A stretch of 64,000 bases of DNA from Ophelia neglecta (lineage: Eukaryota), in NCBI GenBank assembly GCA_965285935.1, contig OZ260667.1, positions 33,604,001 through 33,668,000 on the forward strand, written 5' to 3'. Below are positions 40,029 through 53,900 of the stretch, piece after piece. The notes beneath the pieces were generated by a model that saw only the letters and a program-made list of their open reading frames with translations, was not told the origin of the DNA and searched no databases. Numbering within the stretch: the stretch's first letter is position 1; each line of letters begins with the position of its first letter. Made by a program: the position numbers and the translations under genes.

Positions 40029-40758
40029 GTGTTAACGTTTGAGGATTGGGTATTTCCTTGATCTGCAGATGTTGGGGGGGGGGGGGGTGTTTACGTTTGA
40101 GGAGTGGGTATATCCGTGATGGGTGAATGTTAGGGGGGTTTTGTGTTAATGTTTGAGGAGTGGGTATTTCCGTGATGGGCGGCTGTTAGAGGGGGTTTGT
40201 GTTAATGTTTGAGGAGTGGGTATATCCGTGATGGGCGGATGTTAGAGAGGGCTTGTGGTTACGTTTGTGGAGGGGGTTTTTCCGTGATGGGCGGATGTTA
40301 GAGGGGGTTTGTGTTAATGTTTGTGGAGGGGGTATTTCCGTGATGGGCGGATGTGAGAGGGGATTTGTGTTTACGTTTGTGGAGGGGGTTTTTCCGTGAT
40401 TGGCGGATGTTAGGAAGACCTTGTGTTATGTTTGAGGAGTGGGTATTACGGGGATGGGCGGATGTTAGGGAGACCTTGTGTAAACGTTTTAGGAGCGGGT
40501 ATTTCCTTGATCTGCGGATGTTAGCGGGGGTTTGTGTTAATGTTTGAGGTGTGGGTATTTCCTTCATCTGCGGATGTTTGCGGGGTTTTGTGTTTACATT
40601 TAAAGAGAGGGTATTTCCGTAATGGGCGGATGTTAGAAAGGTACTGTGTTTATGTTTGAGGTTCGGGTATTTCCGTGATGGGCCGATGTTAGAGGGGGTT
40701 TGTTTTTACGTTTGTAGAGGGGGTATTTCCGTGCTCGGCGGATGTAAGGAAGGCCCTG
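40029..40758 (+). repeat. 56-bp G/T-rich minisatellite (~13 copies)
   Basis: Unit gtgttaatgtttgaggagtgggtatttccgtgatgggcggatgttagagggggttt; starts at 40143, 40199 and onward. Confidence 0.95.
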
Positions 40759-42308
40759 CGCTAGACTAATCTTGCCTTTACCTCCTGACTCATGTGTGTT
40801 ATGGGCATGCAATATCCAGGGAATGAATGGCGCGGTCACAAGACAAAGTGCCTATGGAACCTTCCAGATCGCCTTAAGGACCAATTAATGAATTCGAAAA
40901 CGTATTACGCCTAAGACAGTATCAATTATTACTGGAGTATATAGTCATTTGCAATAAAAACTGGACTGTGGCATTGGCCATTAAACAAAACTAGAATTAT
41001 CATTTCATTGACTGCTTTGCACCACAGCTGAAGTATAAAAAGAGTATATAGCTTCATGTATTCATCAATCACTTATGGACTGGCTTTCCATATACCTCAG
41101 TCGTTATTGGCAGACGATAAATTGCTTTTAAAGGCGGTGAATTACCTTGTTTATTGTTCTCAGCCTTGAGGAGGACGTTTTCATTGGGTGCAGGATTGAC
41201 CGTCTCTTCTGCAGCTCTCATGTAACTGGCTACGACGTTCTAGCTTAAGCGGAAATATTAATATCCGTCTATGAGCTAATAGGGTACTTATGTATATAAG
41301 CGTAAGATTCCATATATCTTATTGTTTACCAACGACCATTGTTAGTATTAGCATATTAGAACTAACATGCAGCAATACCTTGTACATAAGCCTAGAGCGG
41401 CAGGACATTATTAGCAAAGTCACAGGCAAAACGATTATTCTATATAATATAGAGCTGTAATTTGAGCTTTGTCACATCGTTGGGGGGGAATAATGAGTCT
41501 GAAAACACATATTTCCTTAATAAATGGATCGCAAAAGGAAATTAAAGAAAGGTGGGATATCAATATAGCATCGAAATTACCCTATAGAGTCGTTGATTAT
41601 GGTAGGCGAGTACGATTAGCGGCTAGTTAGATGTCTCAGCTCACGGATAACGTCCTTCAAGACGCCAAGACGAAGGCGGAAGACTTACCCATTAAGTCAA
41701 CTTTTTTATTAATGTGACAAACTTGACTTACACACCTATTGCTTATTTTTTCAAGCGCTCATATAAAGTGCCACATTTGAATTGGTAATTTACCATTTGA
41801 TAGTCAGAAAAACACACAGCCCATCAGGGTACAAGTAATAATTACTTGCCTATTTTGAGGTGCTTTTAAGTTGAATATTTCCTTACATATCTTACTTATA
41901 GAATGTAGCTGTGAAAAGGTCACAAGAATCGCCATGAAAATTTCGTTTTGCAGGGCTTTAGATCTCTTTTCTTTGCCAAATCAGGCAAATATTGTAGTGC
42001 GTGGTTTAATATATTAATTTCAATATTTCCAGGTACTATATTTCCTATTAAATTTATGTTACCCTTTGAGGCCCTACTTGCTAAATGTTAAGTTAACTCA
42101 GGCGGAAAATATCAGCTGTTATTTATTGCGGCGGCTTGGTTATGATTTGTAGCTTTTATTGTCTTTATGAATATCAATATTTATCGACTGACATTCAAAA
42201 TACTAGTCGAGTACATTTCGGCAATGTCGTAATTCTGTTCCGTTGTTGCCAACAATTTTGTAACGCTGTGTTGGTTTGTGTGTGTGTTGTCTATCGTCTG
42301 CTTGCCAG

Positions 42309-42407
42309 CAGGCGTATCGATCTCAATCCCGTACCACTTACGGTCCCGTCCGCACAGCGGAGGACTGCCCGTTGGTTACTACTCCAAACGCGGTCGACTG
42401 TCGTCTG
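42309..42407 (+). CDS. Candidate internal coding exon (phase 1-1): (A)GVSISIPYHLRSRPHSGGLPVGYYSKRGRLSS
   Basis: Pyrimidine-rich acceptor gtctgcttgccagcag| (NAGNAG, starts at 42309 or 42312), GC-rich open frame, donor ctg|gtgagc. In frame with the 26136-26175 exon. Confidence 0.5.
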
Positions 42408-45400
42408 GTGAGCAACAGTGTGTATATCATCCAAGAAACAATCTTGAAACAATGAAAGCACTTCTGAGACTGGACAGGGCCATAGCAACCAATTGATGTT
42501 ATAGGAAAGGAAGCAATAAGCTGGATATAGAATGTTGGCCCTTGCTACATAAAGTAGACTTAAGTTGGATATTCTCCACAGCCAGTGTGATTCAGGTCGC
42601 CATAGTTCCGCCGTTTAGCTACTTCCGGCCCGCCTACAAATTTTTTCGGAAGAAGTTTCTCGAATTCAGCCGAAGTTAATCCACTTTGCTTTATTGGCAA
42701 TCACATGGGAAGCAACTGTCTATAGTTAAACACTTCTCAAAAACCTGTGCCGTCTGCCGATTATATAACACTGGCCGAGAGCCCGTGCAGAGGCTAAAGG
42801 TGACTAGTGACAGGCGCACTATAGCCGGATGTACCTACCTTTTTCGGATTTTGTGGCAATAATAAAAAAAATTACTGGGTTGTAGACAATAATTCATGCA
42901 GTGACTTGAATAAAACGATGCAGCGCTCGATAAACATGCTGATGTGCGTTGACTAGGCCTATATGCTGAACTCGCTTACCATGCTGGCCAGTCAGTGTGC
43001 CCTCTCCCTGGGACCACCTTAGTCCCTTCCTACCGGTTCAGAGCCCAGTGGGCAGAACCGTTTGATTAATTGTGTCAATCTATTGCTAATTACGTTCTAG
43101 TAGGAATTCCGGACGACATGAAATTAATCGCCCACACTCAGGGCGGGGTATAGGAGGGGGGCTCAGTTAGAGTGGGGCCCAATGGGGTCAGAGTTGCTTC
43201 CATGCACGTTTTAGCGATGAAAAAACTATACCATGATAAGGTTCAATTCCTGACCGAAATCCTACAGTGAGGTTTCTCCTTTCCTATTGTCGAGTACTGA
43301 ACCTACATTGACATACCATGCAAGCCGATTGTCCTTCTTGTTTAGGTCGCTCGGATGTGTGAAAATATCACCACATGGCTTGGAGATGGTAGACTTGTTG
43401 GCATGTGGGTTCTTGGCTGAGTACAGGGCGGCAGTTGTCGGTTTATGAAACCGCTTATCCCTCTGGCAACATGAAATCATAAAAAGCAAATACCAAAAAC
43501 CTGCCATAGTAAGTCAATAATAGCTGCTTCATCGTGCTCTTTATTTACGATACGAAATTTGGGAATACCCCTAAATATAGTGTCACGTGTAGTGATTGGA
43601 AAGTCGGCCAATTACTTTAAATTGTAACACTGCCAAATATTCGAACAGCGTATCAATGAATTGCGATGATCTAGAACCGCCACCATTAATATTCTGGCAA
43701 AACCCACTCTACATCTTGTATATCATTGATTATTGTTTTTGTGTTTTCCTTATCAATAGCTTATACATATATGATATTGATAAATGACATGAATACCCTG
43801 ATGATATGAGTTGCAGGATATGTGCCAACCGGAAGACCCTGTCAATTGTGATAGATCTACGGCGAAAACGACAGCACCCACTGAAACCAATACCTGTACT
43901 ATTAACGAGACATGGGACAAATAGCTATAGACATGATGATACTAATTGATAATGTGAATAATAAGCTCCCATCACAAGGTTTGTGCTCTCGAGCAATCAA
44001 CCAGGTGCTAGTTAATAAGGATATATGGATGTCACACCTTTGACGAATAGGGATCTGTCGTGCAATGGGGCTTAAGTGTCCGTCCAGATCAATGCGCTCT
44101 GTAGGTGGGGTCGAGATTAGTCTAGAAGACAATGAGCCCATCAACTGGGAACTTTCACTCCAAAAAGCAGCGCGTAGATAGGAAATATTGCGTTGTTTTC
44201 TTTCGGCGGCTGGCTGGCTGCGTCACGCGTCCGCGAGGAGCTCCCACATAAAGCTTGACACCTTTCACCTTCCCATGTCATATCTTGTCTGGAGGCTAAG
44301 GGTGAGGAAACACAGCCATCTGGAGAGAATTATTGCTATGCTTACTATCCTGGGAACTTCCTAAAATGTCTATAAACACTTTCGGTATTTCTCTTAAGCG
44401 TGTGACTATAGGTATTTTTGATGGCTTTAGTGCAGCAGCTAGTTGAGACTTCCTCGGCCTTTAATATGGCTAACTTACTCAAAGGCTCCCTGTGGTCGGA
44501 AGGGGATGTTTTGTGTGTAAAATCTGCAGACAGAATAGACTAGTTATTCGTTTTATAAACAAATCTTAATTTAGATATGAAATCATAAATGTCAAACGAA
44601 GTATCCGCCAAGAACTGTTTTGGTGAAAACAAATCAAGTCAGTTGGTCGGTCACATGAGTAGAAATCATTTTCCGACTACAGTGTCTAACATGATAATAC
44701 ATTGGGACAACTGCCTATCCGTGTGTCTCTAACGGAGTAAGTTGTATTTTGACAATAACGGCTCATAATGTATGTTTCCTAGAGATGAACCACTGTTGGG
44801 GGAAAACCTTGGGCAAAGAATGCTTTTTGACACCGAAGAACGACCCATGTATATGCACTATAGCTCGGGATAATGTGCATGTTGGGTCAAAATGCGTTGT
44901 GTTTACCACCTGACGCCATCGCGTGTAAATACTCAACAGAGAATAATCCTAGGCAGGCTGATAAACGACACAAGGTCGCCAGTAAACCGGAAGAGCGTTC
45001 GGACCCAGTCATTTCTTGGTAATTGTCAGAGACCGGACCTGGCCAAAGGCGCGTTTTCCGCTTTGATAGTCGCCAATTCCGACCTGTCAGATTCATGTAG
45101 AGATCAGAGAGGCATCCTGACTGAGTTGGACATCCAATTATCAGAACAACAGCCCGGAGAAACAATGTTCGAGGTACACGTTACTTTAACACCAGTGTGA
45201 GTAGTCAATAGCACCATCAGCCCCACCTGGTGAACATCCTGAATAACAAGATGGCGGTAAGATGCGACGAGGCCAAGCAGATTGGCCTGGCAGTTCAGCC
45301 CTTGGAGTAAGTACCAAGGCTGAGTAGCGATGTCACGATCCCATGTGTTGACGGACCTCAGGACAAGTTTGTAACTGGTTGTACTCTAACAGCCTAATGT

Positions 45401-45560
45401 GATAGGCACATCTTATCGCTTCGATCGCATTCTCTTACATGGTTTTGAAGCGCTGAGAGCCTTTGATAGGTTGCTGAGTAAATTGACAGGGTGCTCAACC
45501 CGGGGATATTAGCATTGGCTTTGACATGTGTCCATTCTGCAAGAACCGGCAAATCACATT

Positions 45561-45680
45561 ACCGGGCCGACCATGCCGAGGGCTCCAGGAGACACGGAGT
45601 GAGCTGAACCGACCCGGGAGGTTAACCGGGCAGACCGTGCCGAGGGCTCCAGGAGACACGGAGTGAGCTGAACCGACCCG
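45561..45680 (+). repeat. GC-rich 64-bp tandem duplication
   Basis: accgggc(c/a)gacc(a/g)tgccgagggctccaggagacacggagtgagctgaaccgacccg at 45561 and 45625. Confidence 0.95.
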
Positions 45681-48564
45681 TGATGGCGGGCCCGTTTACA
45701 TTCTTTAAGACATTCACTCTACCTATTAGGCCACATCCTAGAATAAGGCATTATTCCTTCAGCTTGTATCTAGAGGCTGGCTAGAGCAACCAGTAGAAAT
45801 ACTGATAGATTTCCTCCCACTGCCACCCCCCCACCCCCCACCCCCCCACCCCCCGCCACAGAAACACACACCCATTACATCCGGTACAGAACACATGCCG
45901 GCTCAAATAGTTCTTTCATCCGTGGTGAATATAAATTAGATTTGGTAGGAATGCTTTATCCTAACCCGTTTTTCAACCTTACCCCTTCCTGTGACCAAAA
46001 CATATTATTACCTAGTTGACAAGCGAAACGAAAGTCATTTAACTTCTAGTTCCCCCCTGTGGTTGTGGCATTAATCGCACTGGTGCTCTCTGCACTACTA
46101 ATACACCATAATTACACCTTTTATATGCGGTCATGCCTAGGCCAATTGAGTATTGCTCTGAAGTAACCGAGGTGTGTTCAAAGTGCCTCTCCAACTGTTT
46201 GTATCCGATCAGATATAGAAGAATTTTGCTCGCTCGCCGCGGTCCGCTATTAAAGGAATCTGTGATAGGCCTATTAATAGAATTGAATTGTTCTAGCCGT
46301 CTATACGGGAGTATTAATGGTCTTTAGGCCCGGGTTTACCGATTAATGATATTTGGAGAATTGCAGGGAAGCCAGATAGTGGGATGCTCGGCTTTTATTG
46401 AATTCTTGCCGTACGCAGTCTCCGTGTGACAGCAGAAGTGCACAATGGTCAATTAATGGGTGTTCGGTTCTGGACCACGCGGCCGTCCTATTGGCGGGCG
46501 GGTTATTGGGAGTGATGACGTCAGGCAGGTTCCATATTTTGTCTATATATTCGGTTTGGGCGATAATAGGTCAATGGAACGTGTTCAAATGCCACCCGAG
46601 CAGATGATAAGGTTTGGCAAGAGAGTGCTACACTTTCACCACCAATTACTCATACCTTGGCGACCACTTATGTCAGTTTACGCGATAAGACTTTCCTTGG
46701 CAAATAGCGAGAGGGCATTATGTCTTTGGCGTGATGGGAAATCGGTCAAGAGGCAGGCAGAAGTGCCCTTTCTTCATCCCGTCTATGTGATTGATATACT
46801 CGGATCGATAGTCAGTTATCGGCGTTTTTCTCAGATCAATGAGTCGTAATATCGTGATTCCACTGACTAAATACCATTGGCATTTCGTCAGCAAATGCTT
46901 GGTCGTGCAAGTCGCCGTTTTAGTCTGAAAGTCGGCTGAGCCAAGAAATGCCAAACTTAAAAGGATAAAGATTACCGTCATGCAACCATTAGGCCTATAC
47001 ATTTGCTCGATTAGATTAAAAACTTCACGGCAGACGGCATTCTTCAGTTCGATCAGCTAGAGCGAGGCAAATCGTAAACAGTAATGGGCCTCTCTGAATA
47101 ATTCACTTGCGTAGCGCAATGGAGGCCAGCGGAATGACGACATTAAATTTTGGTAACTTAAATATGATATTGGCGGAGAACGAAAATAGAAGACTACAAA
47201 TTAACGTACAAAAATATCTCGTTTGTTGTCCTTGGCAGTTCCCTCGACGATCATTAGCTGTTGCCACCGTAGTAGTAATTAAGTTAAACGCCGTTTAATA
47301 CATTGTAAAGTGATCTATGCCACGCTGGTCGACAGTGATGGGTGTGGTTGGCTGGTTGGTCCTTGCCCGTATGGAGGGGAGACGGATCGGTCGGGACCTG
47401 TCAGCGAATAGTCAGTGCTCGTTAGGTCATGAACGGATCTTCCTCGCATGCCACACTGGCCTTTTGACTGATTACATTTGTGGCCGACCCGCTCCTTAAA
47501 ATCACAGTAATCTTCATTATCCACTTCCGCTAGCGAGACTGACCTATTGCAAATGTGAAAGGCCATCGGCATATTTATCAACCTCAATAATCAAGGTAGG
47601 GAAGGCTGAGAGTGTCCTTCCCTTCCGGAGAGGGGCTCTTTTATCCCGGGGCTGCGACGACCTGAGACTTCAGAAGTGCACACAGGTTACATACACGATT
47701 AATATTTAAATAGCCATTTGGGTTCAGCGATCATATCTCAGCACTGGACGTGTAGGTATTAACGGCTGGACTAGAAGTCCCCTTGGGAGGGTGTTATAGG
47801 ACTGGGTTAGAAGTCCAGGACGGCGTTTTAGTGTTGGCGCAACATCAGCACAATATTTGTTTAGTGTATAAGTAGTTTATTAGTAAACATGTTGTGATTC
47901 CGTTGACTTTCCACCGTACTAGTTTACACAAGCTGTATACCCGGAAGTGTATAAACCTTATCGTTCTCACCGCTGTCTTGATAGGGAGCAATCCTCAGGC
48001 TAAACTGTAAGGTGACCTAACCATAATTCATGTTTCTGGCCTACCGGTCACATTACATGCATTTTGATCAACAGAACATAAAGGTGACATTCCAACGATG
48101 GTTGATTTATGTGTTTCTGTCTTTCCGATTGTATCTCCATATTTCATAAATGGATGGAGCATGGTGTTTCCTTGTTTAAAGTCATATGAATCTTCACGCT
48201 CAACGCCGTGCTAATGGATGTTGGTCATTTGCAAAGTACCTTATTGGCCGACGTCTGTATGATGGCGAGCGTGGGAGCCGGGCAGTCTTATCATCACGCC
48301 TGACTTCCCGCCAAATCACCCTTTGCCGTCTGCAAATTGTTAAATGACGGGAGGCAGTTGGACGAAGGGAGATTAATGAAGGCTCGGCCTCGCGTAAAGC
48401 ATTTCGACCTTCCACGCTTCCAGTGCAAGGTATTAATAAAGTTTACAGCAAAATGTGCCAAAGTAAATTATTGCCAAGGGACCGCCTATTATTATATGTG
48501 CAATGTTTATATGTACTTGAGACATGTGGGTCCGTGCGGATGACGTCATTCGCTATCTTCTCAG

Positions 48565-48603
48565 GCTTCAGGCCCGCAGACGACACCGACGCACATCGCC
48601 TAG
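48565..48603 (+). CDS. Candidate 39-nt symmetric (phase 1-1) exon GFRPADDTDAHRL
   Basis: Acceptor ttcgctatcttctcag|, donor tag|gtatgg, open frame compatible with the 42309-42407 exon. Confidence 0.35.
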   Translation, partial: ASGPQTTPTHIA

Positions 48604-50070
48604 GTATGGTGTTTGCATTTAGCGCTGTTGCGAGGTGAAGTGCTGCCATCTGGTGCCACCGAATGAGCATATCACGTGGTGTAGGGCGAGGTTATCTGGT
48701 TACTATTCAGGCTTATTTATCGCCGCAGCACAGCACCGTGCCGAATACTGGCAGCTTTAGCCGAAAAAGGTCTCGGGACGTGCGGATTATTTGGAGTGCC
48801 CTGCTGGAGAAACTCCGATAGCGACATGTTTTGTCGAAACCACCTGCAAAACTATATCTATATCACATTTGAGTCATGAGCGAGTGCCAGCGGGCTCCTA
48901 TATCTGTCTGCTAAATATAGGCCTATGAACGTTGAGTTACTGCCTACTTGTCTTGTACCTATAGGGTGCTGGCAGCTGTTGTGGTCGAGTTTTTACAGGT
49001 AAACAGTCGTAAAACGCCCGAGACACAGATCAAACGTCACCGGTAATTCAACAAGGTTCTAGACCTGTTTTCGTCTCTCTCCGGGGAGCCCTAATTCTAT
49101 TGCCTAGCCGGCCTTCCAACATGGTCGAGACTCGCTCATCAGAGACCAGATCAGACTTTCAAAGGCTCGATTCCATTACTGACTTTGTCTGTTTATAAGA
49201 CTGGTACCAGAGGACAGTTGAGCCTTAACGCGAGTCTCGTACATGAATAGCCCGTTCTCGGGTGAGCCTTTCGAGCATGACCCACTAATTTCTTCAATTT
49301 CCATGTCAAAATCGGGCCGTATGGCTTCCACCGGAAGTACTGGGATTGACAAAAGAAACAACAGCAATAATGGCGATCCATTTTGAAACGGAGAGAGAGT
49401 GTGGAATTTTTTTTGGTTATTGTAAATTACGATGTTCAATTGCGACAGCAGACTTTCCTATAACACGCAGTCTTTAAGATGGACAACAATGCTCTATATC
49501 CACCTAATTTATTTTTTGGTAAAACTAGCACGCTCCGAGCCGGCTATAAAATCGAACCAATGCAGTAGAGTCACCTATGCCAATCATATTGGCCTGCTCT
49601 TAGAAGGTTGAGCAATGTGGGGTGGGGGATGGGGGGGGGGGTTGCTATGTTAATAATTTAGCTGTAGATTTTCAATAATATTTTTCTTCGTATATGCCAG
49701 AACTGTCTAACCAGTAATCTCATCTTTCACTAACAGAAGGAAACTCGGCGAGTTTAGCCAATTATTCTACTAACCACAGTGTGCCGCTCTACTTAATGCT
49801 GTTGACGGCCTGTTTGTATGCAAATCGGCATCAAGTTGGTAATACCTTTGGGAAATGAGCTGGACATTTTAATTAAAGAGCTCACTATCCCGGACTGTTT
49901 TCCTTCATACTAAGTAATTATGTTCTTTGGGTGCTTGATGCCTTATGGAAAACTCCTGCCGACAGGGGGAGGGCGCTTTATGTCCATGGAATGCATTGTT
50001 TGAAGAAGTAAACTTATAAGACCTGTGCTATTCCTTATACCAATTTGTGGTTACCTCAGATGACACCGTT

Positions 50071-50911
50071 GGTATGCCGTGCAAGTCAGCCAGGTAGACC
50101 AGGTATTCCTTGCGAGTCAGCTTGGTAGACCAGGTATGCCGTGCAAGTCAGCTAGGTAGTCCAGGTATGCCGTGCGAGTCAGCTAGGTAGATCAGGTAGG
50201 CGTGCGAGTCAGCCAGGTAGACCAGGTATGCCGTGCGAGTCAGCTAGGTAGACCATGTATGCCGTGCGAGTCAGCTAGGTAGACCAGGTATGCCGTGTGA
50301 GACAGCCAAGTAGACCAGGTATGCCGTGCGAGTCAGCGAGGTAGACCAGGTATGCCGTGCGAGTCAGCTTGGTAGACCAGGTATGCCGTGCGAGTCTGCT
50401 AGGTAGACCAGGTATGCCGTGCTAGTCAGCTAGGTAGTCCAGGTATGCCGTGTGAGTCAGCTAGGTAGACCAGGTATGCCGTGCGAGTCTGCTAGGTAGA
50501 CCAGGTATGCCGTGCGAGTCAGCTAGGTAGTCCAGCTATGCCGTGCGAGTCAGCTAGGTAGACCAGGTATGCCGTGCGAGTCAGCCAGGTAGACCATGTT
50601 TGCCGTGCGATTCAGCTAAATAGACCAGGTATGCCGTGCGACTCAGCTAGGTACACCAGGTATGCCGTGCGAGTCAGCTAGGTAGACCAGGTATGCCGTG
50701 CGAGTCAGCTAGGTAGACCAGGTATGCCGTGCGAGTCAGCTAGGTAGGCCAGGTATGCCTTGCGAGTCAGTTAGGTAGACCAGGTATGCCGTGCGAGTCA
50801 GCTAGGTAGACCAGGTATGCCGTGCGAGTCAGCTAGGTAGTCCAGGTATGCCGTGTGAGTCAGCTAGGTAGACCATGTTTGCCGTGCGACTCAGTCAGCT
50901 AGGTAGACCAG
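50071..50911 (+). repeat. 31-bp minisatellite (~27 copies)
   Basis: Unit ccaggtatgccgtgcgagtcagctaggtaga, highly homogeneous. Confidence 0.97.
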
Positions 50912-53900
50912 CTGAGGCAGCGGATTTGCTATGACTGTAGCCCAGATATACCCAGCTCGTCTGTTAAGAAGCGATGACCTCTGCCTAGAGATTAGTAAGC
51001 CATCTTCTTGTCTCAGCTTGAGTAGTCGCCTTATCTGCTCCATGACCTACTTACCACTTAATTGCATTCACATCCGAATGTTCTACCAAACAATTAATAG
51101 GCATAGTGGTGTGTTCGTTACAGCTGACACCTGGTTCCTTGCTTGGTCCTTCATCACGCGATGAGTTGGCTGCTGGCCCGCATCTCGGTCGATGCCAGCA
51201 CCGGAACCTAACCAGCTTTTTGCGTTATGCTTGGGTTGTTATACAAACTGCACTAATTTCAATGAAGATGATACATAAGGATTGTTTTGTAAAGTATACC
51301 ATGCAGTTGCGTGGACTGTTTTTGTTTCTAGCGTTGATTGGACATTGTCGGAAACGAACTGAGTGTAATTATGGGGGCACATTGTCCCTTTCGTCCGCGC
51401 CTAGGCTTTTAATGATCCCATGAACAACTTTTCTTGTGGAGACAACCCGCTAATATGTATACGAATCATTTATATCCAACGTCTCATAGAGAGAAGATGA
51501 GAAATGACGACGGCTGATAAACAGTGTTGTCTCTTCCCATTGTGTTGTTCATACAGAGAAAACTATAGGCATTCATCGCGGCTTGGCATGTTTACCATCA
51601 TTATCACTTTATCACAATAGGGCAACTGCGTCTTAGAATCCTCTCGAGGTATAGCTTTTATAAGGACCAAGCTATTAAACAGCTCCTGTCGTTTGCATGG
51701 TTGTTATAAAGATGCAGAAGACAAAATTGCCTTAACATGACAATGGATAACGAGTTATAGATAGCCCTTTTTCCCATGCATATAACAATATACAAATTAT
51801 TTTATTTTGTCATGGATATAAGTTTCATTCGTGGTATAATTTCTCGGTAAATATAATAAGACAACTTAAAGTATAGCACTTTGAGAAATCTTTCACATTT
51901 TAATCTGTTCTATATCATAAGTTTAACCTTGAAAGCAATGCTGAGCTTATCAAATCATTTTGGCATCCTCTGGGTGCCTCTCGCTCTGTCCATCCGTCCA
52001 TCTTCTCAAAAACGTATACATGACAATTGATATGTGGATCTGTGCATATACCTACATTATTAAACTCCTATCATCTCAGATGTGAATAAAATAGGTCACT
52101 GCAATGATGCAATCTATATATTCTACTGTAAACGGGATTATACGTGCATACAAAAAGGGACACCAAATATGCTTTTCCACGTTCCTTCCTTCAATTATAT
52201 TAAATCAAATTTAATAAACATCCAAATTCGCATGGTCCTGTCCGTGCGTTGTGGCCGCATGATTCGTGCAGAAGTGTACCAACAGTTCGTATCGAACGAC
52301 CATGTTTGTGTGTTTTTGTTACCGAACCCGAGGGTTTTTTTTAGCTGAATCGCATCAAAGTGCGGTTTTATCCCAGCACGCAATATACAAAACATATGTT
52401 TTTGTTTGCTCCTGAAAGATATGTGTCTCCATGCAAACGACACAAGAGACACATGAACAATGGCCTGATGAAAGAAGGCCGAGCCTGTTGGACAGGCTGA
52501 CCTCATTGGAGCCTGTCCTTCGCCACTTATTATATATGAGCAATTTGACGTCAAAGAAAGACGTCGACTGTTCCCTCTTGATTATATATCCGTGTAACAA
52601 GCTCTACTTGGAGGTCTGCCAGATTTATTTCGCTAACCCTCTCCCCAATATGGCCGGTCTAGAAAGGTTATTATATTAAGGATCCAGGGGCTAATTCCTA
52701 TACAATATATATTCCTATTTGCACCGGATTGATAAAGTAGTCTGGAGTTAAGTCTAGATGGGTGCATTTTGAGGACATTTGAAGGTGTCAGGTTTCCAAA
52801 CTCATTTACTTTATTGATATCGAAATCGGTTAAACTGCGGAGGCCTTTTCGAACTCATTAAATAAATGAAAATAGTGAGTGGCTTTGTATCAAGGCGCGT
52901 CCGTTTTACAGCATAATATATAATTCATCCAAATTAAAGTTAGAGTTTATCAAAAACCCTATTGTCAACAGAATTTCGGGTCATTTATATGAGTTGCAAT
53001 TCTGTGTACTTTTCTGATGACAGCACACCAATTCTTCTCAAAATCTGCTTAGGAAAATGAGAGCCTGGCACAAATATCCGTTCATTATACTTCATTAAAC
53101 AGTGCTTAATGGCAGGTTAATTATAATGAATTAGCAGTATTAAACCTAGTAAGGACTATAAAATGTCAAAAAATATCGACAAATAAAGGTTTTAAGAAAT
53201 TAAAGAACCAGTTGACATTTTTTTCTGTCACAAAATCAGTCACCAAATATGTTTGAGGTGGCGTTTAAATTACTTCGTTTGCAGTCCTTACAATTAGTCA
53301 GACTGGTGATAAGATTTCAGTGACCCGACTAGCATGAATTTCGACTTTTTTGGCATGGCTACTTCTTTCCAAAATGCAGCTTTCAGCCCTATTTCTGTCC
53401 AGTTTAATAATAGTGAATTCTGCAGATTAATATTATGTAATTAAAAAACGATGTAAAGTTTGATCACGAACAGAACAACCTCAAATGTGAAAACAAAAAT
53501 AAAAGTATCAGCTATATATACGAAAATTAAGTATTTTTTCTAACAAACTTATCAGTCTCATTTCAAGCTTTTTCCAACTCAATGTATATTTTGAATTGCA
53601 GTGAATGTTATTGAGATAGATTCACGTACTGCATGTCACTAAAGCTAAGACTCCGTGTACTGGCTTCGTCATATATCCCCGGCGAGTTATATGAAGGGAA
53701 TACTTTTAGAATTCCTGGTAATATGACTAAGGTATGGATATATCCTATTGGTACACTTGCAAGGAAACATGCCAAACGGTGTCACTCAGAAAAGATAGGC
53801 AGGCACTGTTTTTATCTTTCGAAAACTGGTTCGTATCTTAATTAAAACATGACATAAAGCTTTTCAAAACTGCAAGAATCGACCCAACGGTAGGAAGAAT

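Noticed and set aside
40298-40839. ORFs over the 56-bp array
   Set aside because: Repeat-derived; the unit length is not a multiple of 3.
52419-52679. Protein-like frame ERRPSLLDRLTSLEP
   Set aside because: Weak acceptor, phase 0 does not fit the upstream phase-1 exons, and no clear donor.
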